From: an uncultured Gammaproteobacteria bacterium
GTDB taxonomy: Bacteria > Patescibacteriota > Patescibacteriia > Veblenbacterales > UBA10138
Length of the DNA: 54,303 nt
Reading direction: 5' to 3'
NCBI GenBank assembly: GCA_964453605.1
Contig: CAYVOI010000002.1
Location: 1-54,303, forward strand
Of this stretch, positions 45,492 to 54,303 are shown piece by piece (the first letter of the stretch is position 1; every line of letters begins with the position of its first letter). A model generated the notes under the pieces. The model searched no databases. It was not told the DNA's origin and saw only the letters and a list, made by a program, of their open reading frames with translations. The position numbers and the translations under genes were made by a program.

Positions 45492-45499
45492 GTTTACAG

Positions 45500-45586
45500 G
45501 CGGACGTGGCGGAACTGGTATACGCGCAGGCTTGAGGTGCCTGTGGGGGCAACCCCGTGGAGGTTCAAGTCCTCTCGTCCGCACCA
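45500..45586 (+). tRNA. tRNA-Leu, anticodon GAG (class II, long variable arm), CCA encoded
   Basis: GCGGACG/CGTCCGC acceptor, anticodon arm CAGGC-TTGAGGT-GCCTG, variable arm GGGGGCAACCCCGT. Confidence 0.9.
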
Positions 45587-45601
45587 CCTCGTACAATGCG
45601 G

Positions 45602-45678
45602 GGACGCTTAGCTCAGCTGGTTAGAGCGTCTCGTTTACACCGAGAAGGTCGGGGGTTCGAATCCCTCAGCGTCCACCA
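45602..45678 (+). tRNA. tRNA-Val, anticodon UAC, CCA encoded
   Basis: GGACGCT/AGCGTCC acceptor and anticodon arm TCTCG-TTTACAC-CGAGA. Confidence 0.9.
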
Positions 45679-45794
45679 TGAAATATGTGCTCGTCTTACT
45701 CACACAACTTCATGGCAAGCCATGAGCACATACTTCATGCCCTGAAGCGGTGCCCAAGACACCTACTTCAGGGCAACACTAACGCTTAACAGCT

Positions 45795-46046
45795 ATGCAT
45801 ATCGTTGTCGGGCTCATCATGGTAGCAGTTGGGTTTTTGCTCGTTTGGAAAACTGAGTGGTTGGTAGAAAACTTTGGCCACGTCGACTGGGCTGAACAGC
45901 ACCTCGGCTCAGATGGCGGCACCAGGCTGTTCTGGAAGCTTATTGGCATACTCATCATACTCATAGGCTTTGGTACCCTAACCGGTATTTTCCAAGATAT
46001 CTTAGTTATCACCTTAAGCCCCCTGTTCCGAGGGGTCCAGAGCTAG
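45795..46046 (+). CDS. Hypothetical 83-aa two-TM membrane protein
   Basis: Two hydrophobic helices flank a short polar loop. No SD is obvious. Confidence 0.5.
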   Translation: MHIVVGLIMVAVGFLLVWKTEWLVENFGHVDWAEQHLGSDGGTRLFWKLIGILIILIGFGTLTGIFQDILVITLSPLFRGVQS

Positions 46047-46051
46047 CTCAC

Positions 46052-46334
46052 GGGCCGATAGCTCAGCCCCGATGCCCTGGTCGGGGCTCCGACAGCTGAG
46101 CTCGTCGGAGCTGGTAGAGCACCGCCTTTGTCCCAAAGCACTAGGCCTATCTACATTGACAAAAGACATCGGGATCCCGACTGATTTTGGTGGGCCCGTA
46201 GCTTAGTGGCAGAGCATCCGGTTTGCATCCGGAAGATAGGGGTTCGATTCCCCTCGGGTCCACCACATGAGCCCACCAAAATCCATCGGGACAACGTGTG
46301 GGGGTCAGGGGTTCGAATCCACTTCGGTCCACCA
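46052..46334 (+). other. Interrupted tRNA-like gene (outer cloverleaf, Ala-like G3:U70, CCA encoded) enclosing tRNA-Ala
   Basis: The 5' part is GGGCCGA TA GCTC AG[44-nt insert]CTGGTA GAGC A CCGCC. The 3' part is TGTGG GGGTC AGGGG TTCGAAT CCACT TCGGTCC A CCA. The acceptor arms are complementary 7/7. Confidence 0.5.
46192..46265 (+). tRNA. tRNA-Ala, anticodon UGC, CCA encoded
   Basis: GGGCCCG/CGGGTCC acceptor with G3:U70, anticodon arm TCCGG-TTTGCAT-CCGGA, T arm AGGGG-TTCGATT-CCCCT. Confidence 0.92.
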
Positions 46335-46476
46335 GCTTATCAAAAATTATAAGCAGTAACCCTGAGAAGGTAACTGTTGTTTTTGTTTTTACTAGGCTCT
46401 GGACTTCGTTACAGAATTGTGCTACTGTCCAACCAGAAAATTGCACCTACACAACCACATATAAGAGGAATGCACC

Positions 46477-47079
46477 ATGGAACAAACAGATTGTTTTTCT
46501 TCGTATACGTATAGCGAAGGCAAAACAGGTGGTGGCCAGTTAGTTGAATTCACCTGCCCGCCTGAAGCTGCCGCAGACGTTAAGGCGTTCTTACAACAGA
46601 ACGTCCGCACCATCAACCCTCCAACTACCTATAAAACCAAGGCCGGACATGGCGCGTACGGCATGTACAGTCGCTATAGCATCAAGCAGCACAGGTACGC
46701 TGGCGGCGGCCCAGACGAAGGGGGCAGCTGGGGCTACATTGAAATTCTCGAAATCAAAAACCCGCCAGATGGCCGCTGGGGTATTATCATCAATGAGTGC
46801 ACAAGTTTACAAGGCGGGGTGTTCAGCGAATGGGAAACGCTGAAGCAGGCGCGGGCAGCGTTTACCAAGTGCCAGAGCACTCTGAGCACCGAGAACGAGT
46901 TCCCCAAGCTTCCCGGGTTCAAGCGCCGTGTTGTCTGTGGCGCACTCAGACCGTGGTTCTACGCCATTGGCGACGAAGAGCTCATAGGCGACTACTCCTT
47001 CCCTGATGGCTGCAAGACGATGCCGTATACCGCTTTGGCCAACAATTCGTGGTCATTAACGACGACGTGCCGGCAATAA
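46477..47079 (+). CDS. Hypothetical 200-aa protein
   Basis: AAGAGGA SD 7 nt upstream and protein-like composition. No motif recognised. Confidence 0.6.
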   Translation: MEQTDCFSSYTYSEGKTGGGQLVEFTCPPEAAADVKAFLQQNVRTINPPTTYKTKAGHGAYGMYSRYSIKQHRYAGGGPDEGGSWGYIEILEIKNPPDGRWGIIINECTSLQGGVFSEWETLKQARAAFTKCQSTLSTENEFPKLPGFKRRVVCGALRPWFYAIGDEELIGDYSFPDGCKTMPYTALANNSWSLTTTCRQ

Positions 47080-47603
47080 AAACCTGCATGGGCACCCGCA
47101 TTATACGAGAGAAATCTAATCAGTACTCCCCCTTCCCCCACGAGAAGGAACGAGAACACATCTACCGTTTGGTCTACTGGGATGACGGAAGCGTATGGGA
47201 CGAGCGCCAGGGTGGTACCCCACCTCGAGCGATGGAGAGAGGCGAAGAGTGGGTCACGGAAGCGATTCACCAGTTCAAGCAGCTTCTAGCTGGTAAGATC
47301 ACTAAGTTCGCCATTAACTTTACCGATGGCAACACGTTTGTCGGCAGGTTAACACGAGCACACCATCGTGCCCCGTGTGCAGAAGGTCGCTACTTCATCA
47401 CCGCCCGACTTAAGGGTAAAAAGAAACTCCGAGAAGGCTGGGTGGACTTTAAGCCGAGCCCGCAAGCCCCTGACGTCGTTCAGCACGTCACCCAGCGCCT
47501 TGCCCAAGGTGGGCAGATGGTTCAACACATCGAGGTTAAAGACTGCCAAACAGAGAAGGGCGGCAAGAAGTGGTCCGGGGTGTTCTTTCATCCCCCACAC
47601 TAA
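47049..47603 (+). CDS. Hypothetical 184-aa protein (GTG start, overlaps the upstream ORF by 31 nt)
   Basis: The frame opens at 47007 and the first start codon is GTG 47049. A strong terminator follows. Confidence 0.55.
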   Translation: MVINDDVPAIKTCMGTRIIREKSNQYSPFPHEKEREHIYRLVYWDDGSVWDERQGGTPPRAMERGEEWVTEAIHQFKQLLAGKITKFAINFTDGNTFVGRLTRAHHRAPCAEGRYFITARLKGKKKLREGWVDFKPSPQAPDVVQHVTQRLAQGGQMVQHIEVKDCQTEKGGKKWSGVFFHPPH

Positions 47604-47624
47604 TACGGTCAGAACAGCGAGTTG

Positions 47625-47665
47625 GCCGTGGCATAATTTCATCCAGATTATGCCACGGCTTTTTT
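47625..47665 (+). terminator. Intrinsic terminator
   Basis: GCCGTGGCATAAT-9nt-ATTATGCCACGGC followed by T6. Confidence 0.9.
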
Positions 47666-47737
47666 AATCACCACTCCACGCAGTACCGCTGCAACGAGAT
47701 TGCGGTGACCTCTAGTTGTAAAAAGTTTTCCACAGGC

Positions 47738-47766
47738 TTGTAACTCGACAAAAAATCTGCTATAAT
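47738..47766 (+). promoter_or_regulatory. Strong candidate promoter for the basic-peptide gene
   Basis: TTGTAA (47738-47743), a 17-nt spacer and consensus TATAAT (47761-47766). Confidence 0.6.
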
Positions 47767-47869
47767 GGGTAGTAGATTAGTGGATATTAAAAGTTAGAGG
47801 TACTTCAGGAACAGTTTTCTGTTCACCCAGGCCTCTAACTTCAGCACAAATGGTAAGGAGGTGAGACAG

Positions 47870-47941
47870 ATGGCAAAGAAAAGGAAGATGAAAAAGACTA
47901 AGAAGATGACTAAGAAGCGCAAGAGCAAGAAGCGCCGCTAG
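47870..47941 (+). CDS. 23-aa poly-basic peptide MAKKRKMKKTKKMTKKRKSKKRR
   Basis: Below the ORF-track cutoff. It has a perfect AAGGAGGTGA SD 6 nt upstream, its own promoter and an 18-bp-stem terminator. Confidence 0.55.
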   Translation: MAKKRKMKKTKKMTKKRKSKKRR

Positions 47942-47965
47942 TTCTCATCTTGATCTGAGATTCCT

Positions 47966-48035
47966 ACAAACCCCACGCTTGTCGTAGCTACGCTAGATCT
48001 CACGTAGTGATGACAAGTGTGGGGTTTGTGTTTTG
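47966..48035. terminator. Long hairpin terminator between convergent genes
   Basis: ACAAACCCCACGCTTGTC (47966-47983) pairs 17/18 with GACAAGTGTGGGGTTTGT (48012-48029). GTTTTG follows. Confidence 0.75.
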
Positions 48036-48051
48036 TCTATGGGGCCATAAC

Positions 48052-49371
48052 CTAGAGTAGCGTTGCCTGTGGCGCCTCATCGGGTTCAAATAGGGCTATA
48101 TGCCCGTACTCGCCATCGTACCCAGGCTGAATCGATGCCACCTTAGCTTGTCGCAAACGGCTAATCGCCTCGACTACACGAGGAGTAGTGACCTTACCAA
48201 GTTCAGCTAACGGCGCATCAAGCAGCGCTTGCAGCTCACCGCTGCCGGTGGAAACTATATTCCAGTACTCAGCTTCCACTGTCTTAGTAGCACGACCTTT
48301 TACACCTTGGGCCTGGGCAATCACCTTATCAAGCTCAATAAGACTTGTGAAGGGTAGTACACCAGTGGGTTTGGTACCTGGCGTTCTATCGGCCAGCTCG
48401 TCCACACGGTTCAGCACGCCAATAGTTAGGGGTCGGCCACACGTGGGGCAGATACCTTTTACCTTGGCTGACTCTTGCGGTGACAAGTACACCTTGCACT
48501 CGCGGTGGCCATCAAAGTGGTATCTGCCTTCATCAGGGAAAAATTCTATGGTGCCAGCGAGCCGGAGGGGTAGGTTTTTATCTTCGCCTGCGGCTACGGC
48601 GCGTGGGCTACCATGGCGGATAGCATTCATAACTGTATCGTAGGAAAGCTCATCGCCTTCAAAAATATCGGCCTCACGCCCGAGGTTTGGGAGTGAATGT
48701 GCATCGGAGTGAGAAACCAGAGCAACGTTGTCGAGTGCACTCACGCGCCAATTCATTGCCGGATCGGACGATAACCCGGTCTCAATAGCAAAAATGTGCT
48801 TCGACATACCTTCAAAACACTCGTCGATTGAATTATAACCCGACTTAGAACCAAAAATAGCAAACCACGGCGTCCAGGCGTGGGCGGGAATGAGCACACT
48901 CCGGCTGTCTATATCGAGCATGAGCTTAAGCAGGTCTTGCGATGAAAGCCCTAAAATAGGGCGCCCGTCAGCTTTAAGATTCTTACCGAGTTTCGTTAAC
49001 TCTTCATTGAGTTTAGCGACTGCTTCTAAGCTTGGCATGTACAAACAGTGGTGCACACGCCTAGTCGCTTCACCGTGCTTGTAGATACAAGCCACCTCGG
49101 TACCACATATGAAGCGCACGTCGACCTCGGTTTTAGGTTTAAACCTGGGGTCGTTGAGCCTAAACTGAGGCTTGAGGCGGTACAAACCGGCCTCGGCTGG
49201 CTCCAGCTTTTCTGACAGGTCGGCAAACCATTTGGGGTGTGTAAAATCGCCTGTGGCTACCAGACCAATACCCTTAATACGGCACCACAGATCGATATTT
49301 TCTACCGTCAGCTGTGGCGAGCACGCTCGAGCATAGCGCGAATGGATGTGGAGGTCGGCATAAGTGCGCAT
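48052..49371 (-). CDS. Endonuclease Q-like PHP-domain protein with a Zn-ribbon
   Basis: The N-terminus ADLHIHSRYARA...GDFTHP (PHP) and CPTCGRPLTIGVLNRV match my recollection of archaeal/Bacillus EndoQ. Confidence 0.75.
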   Translation of the reverse strand: MRTYADLHIHSRYARACSPQLTVENIDLWCRIKGIGLVATGDFTHPKWFADLSEKLEPAEAGLYRLKPQFRLNDPRFKPKTEVDVRFICGTEVACIYKHGEATRRVHHCLYMPSLEAVAKLNEELTKLGKNLKADGRPILGLSSQDLLKLMLDIDSRSVLIPAHAWTPWFAIFGSKSGYNSIDECFEGMSKHIFAIETGLSSDPAMNWRVSALDNVALVSHSDAHSLPNLGREADIFEGDELSYDTVMNAIRHGSPRAVAAGEDKNLPLRLAGTIEFFPDEGRYHFDGHRECKVYLSPQESAKVKGICPTCGRPLTIGVLNRVDELADRTPGTKPTGVLPFTSLIELDKVIAQAQGVKGRATKTVEAEYWNIVSTGSGELQALLDAPLAELGKVTTPRVVEAISRLRQAKVASIQPGYDGEYGHIALFEPDEAPQATLL

Positions 49372-49377
49372 AAGGCT

Positions 49378-49406
49378 ATTTTATCAGAGAATGGTAGGGT
49401 GTGGAA
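49378..49406 (-). promoter_or_regulatory. Candidate promoter giving a leaderless EndoQ-like mRNA
   Basis: The minus strand has TTCCAC (49401-49406), a 17-nt spacer and TAAAAT (49378-49383). The ATG is 6 nt after the -10 box. Confidence 0.4.
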
Positions 49407-49440
49407 TTAAAAGAGCCCGAGGAAAACTCTCCAGGGGCTC
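49407..49440 (-). terminator. Terminator after the 170-aa ORF
   Basis: On the minus strand, GAGCCC...GGGCTC is followed by TTTT. Confidence 0.5.
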
Positions 49441-49462
49441 AAATATAACAACGAGGCATCGG

Positions 49463-49975
49463 TTACGTTTTTGGACGAAGGAGAAATACAAAGGTATTGT
49501 GATCGTCAAACATGTCATCGTCATCACCGCCATCGTCAGCATCGAGGTACAATACGTCATCATCCCCATGGACCACCCGGAAAATGGCCCGGTGACCCAT
49601 TGAGCTATAAATAGGCTCCATGCCAATGCGTAACCATTCTTTTGCCGGTTGGTCGAGATACTGCTCGCGTAGTGCTGGCCCGACTTCACTGGGGCAAAGC
49701 TCAACCACGTAACGTTTATCGTCGATCACCACCTCAGAACCAACCACCTTGCGACAAATTTCGCCAAATTCAGTAGGCTCAGCAAACCCAAGCTCTGCTA
49801 CCGTAATACCGCCGAGCAAAACGGTCATTGGGTCTGGGGCGGTAGTGAAGGCGGCTTTAGTCATGAGATCCCGAGCTGAATCGGTAGTGACACAATGATT
49901 GCTCTCTAACGAGCGTACAAAAACAGAGGCCTTCTCATGCCTCCCTAAGTTAAGGTTCCATGTTCTCCATGACAT
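49463..49975 (-). CDS. Hypothetical 170-aa protein with an Asp-rich C-terminal region ending FVFLLRPK
   Basis: AAGGAGA SD 6 nt upstream. It starts 66 nt after the 5S rRNA 3' end. Confidence 0.62.
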   Translation of the reverse strand: MSWRTWNLNLGRHEKASVFVRSLESNHCVTTDSARDLMTKAAFTTAPDPMTVLLGGITVAELGFAEPTEFGEICRKVVGSEVVIDDKRYVVELCPSEVGPALREQYLDQPAKEWLRIGMEPIYSSMGHRAIFRVVHGDDDVLYLDADDGGDDDDMFDDHNTFVFLLRPKT

Positions 49976-50041
49976 CTTGATTCTCCTTATGGTTTGTATG
50001 GGTTTCGGTTTTCTATATGTTGCAATACATGAGGTACAGAA

Positions 50042-50159
50042 TTCTCGCGCTGGCCTACTTTCCCACAGACTAATGTCTGAGTATCATTGGCGCAAATGGG
50101 CTTAACTGCTCTGTTCGGGATGGGAAGAGGTGTTGCCCCATCGCTTGAAGCACGAGAAC
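50042..50159 (-). rRNA. rrf: 5S rRNA
   Basis: The revcomp contains CCCATCCCGAACAGAGCAGTTAAGC (loop B/helix III region). The terminal helix I pairs TTCTCGTGC with GCGCGAGAA. Confidence 0.9.
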
Positions 50160-50399
50160 TCTATACCCCAGTGGCCGGGGTGGTCGCCAAAAGCGTGACC
50201 TGTTTTTTATTTTACTGCCCGAAGAAAACTGGCGGCGTGAGGTAGAAAATGACTCCTACCACTCCCGTAATCAGGAGAAGCCCTACGCTCAAGCGTAAGC
50301 CCTCTAGTTTGATATTCAGCATGAAAGTATTATAGCATATAATGCGCACTCCGTCAATTCCACCCCTGAGAGGAATAGCAGAATGTACACCTACTCGTT

Positions 50400-54015
<3,616 letters not shown>

Positions 54016-54303
54016 AGAATGAGTAGACTTACCCTGAAGTCACCTTATATTGGGTGTACTTCATGGGTCATTCTTGTTGCTTCATGCTTGATACTCTATT
54101 TCTCTCTCTGTATTCAGTTGGTAATGAACGTTCCTTTAAAACCCTCTGGCAACAAAAAGTCGCTTGTTTCCAAGCGACTAGAGGTGACAACAAGAGAAGC
54201 TACAACCTCAGTCGGGTCGCTTGGCTAAAAATAAGGACTTCGTGTTGCTCATAGGGTGTAGAAGTGCCCTGTGGATAACTCTTTAGGGCTTAGGTAGTAT
54301 ACC

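Noticed and set aside
46052-46334. tmRNA (ssrA) interpretation of the outer tRNA-like element, prompted by G3:U70, the T arm and the CCA end
   Set aside because: It has a complete D-arm, which tmRNA lacks. No resume codon or tag ORF ending in a hydrophobic Ala-rich tail is present. The interior is occupied by a perfect tRNA-Ala rather than pseudoknots. At ~283 nt it is shorter than typical tmRNA.
47007-47079. Programmed -1 frameshift fusing the 200-aa and 184-aa ORFs
   Set aside because: No X XXY YYZ slippery heptamer or downstream structure lies in the 31-nt overlap. A GTG start is available, so simple overlap or coupling is more parsimonious.
46335-50041. Calling the tRNA-to-5S interval a bona fide integrated genomic island or prophage remnant
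   Set aside because: There is no integrase, recombinase or phage gene. I could find no direct repeat of the tRNA 3' end at the far boundary. The composition is not obviously different from the core. It is kept only as a block of unknown genes under findings.

Overview
The window reads as a streamlined bacterial chromosome segment. I infer a CPR/Patescibacteria-like organism from the gene content, many small unknown ORFs, and unlinked rRNA genes that carry insertions. It starts inside a 16S rRNA gene (minus strand, 1-1080) and ends with a 23S-5S pair (minus strand, about 50042-54015), so 16S and 23S-5S lie about 49 kb apart. Most of the interior is housekeeping: trmD, glnA, KH protein, rpsP, smc, rnc, nusB, rpmF, gyrA, rpsA, ftsH, pilB-like ATPase, valS with a T-box leader, hup, ymdB, rny, clpP, a DHH phosphoesterase, rbfA, infB, cca, rluD-like, cmk-like, a GT2 glycosyltransferase and rplS. 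There are five canonical tRNAs: Ile-UAU, Val-GAC, Leu-GAG, Val-UAC and Ala-UGC. Promoters of the form TTGACA-17-TAnnnT and hairpin/T-run terminators can be read by eye. The features that stand out are listed here.
- (1) At 46052-46334 a complete tRNA-Ala sits inside a second, interrupted tRNA-like gene whose halves still pair. That outer gene also carries an exact two-hairpin insertion in its D-loop.
- (2) A 347-nt structured insertion lies in the peptidyl-transferase region of 23S, with several further helix expansions.
- (3) A wHTH/Cas2-fold regulator gene is bracketed by two near-identical 36-bp perfect palindromes. Next to it is an AT-richer gene whose promoter spacer holds a G9 tract.
- (4) Scar-like duplicated fragments of the trmD 5' end and the KH-gene 3' end bracket cargo genes inside the broken rpsP-KH-trmD operon.
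- (5) A roughly 340-nt hairpin-rich RNA or leader precedes an AT-rich pair of small genes.
- (6) A 19-nt hairpin recurs in three unrelated transcripts.
- (7) A block of unknown genes lies between the tRNA locus and 5S. It includes a strongly signalled 23-aa poly-basic peptide gene and an EndoQ-like gene.

No CRISPR array, integrase, transposase or reverse transcriptase was seen. All identities and percentages are hand counts. No database search was run.
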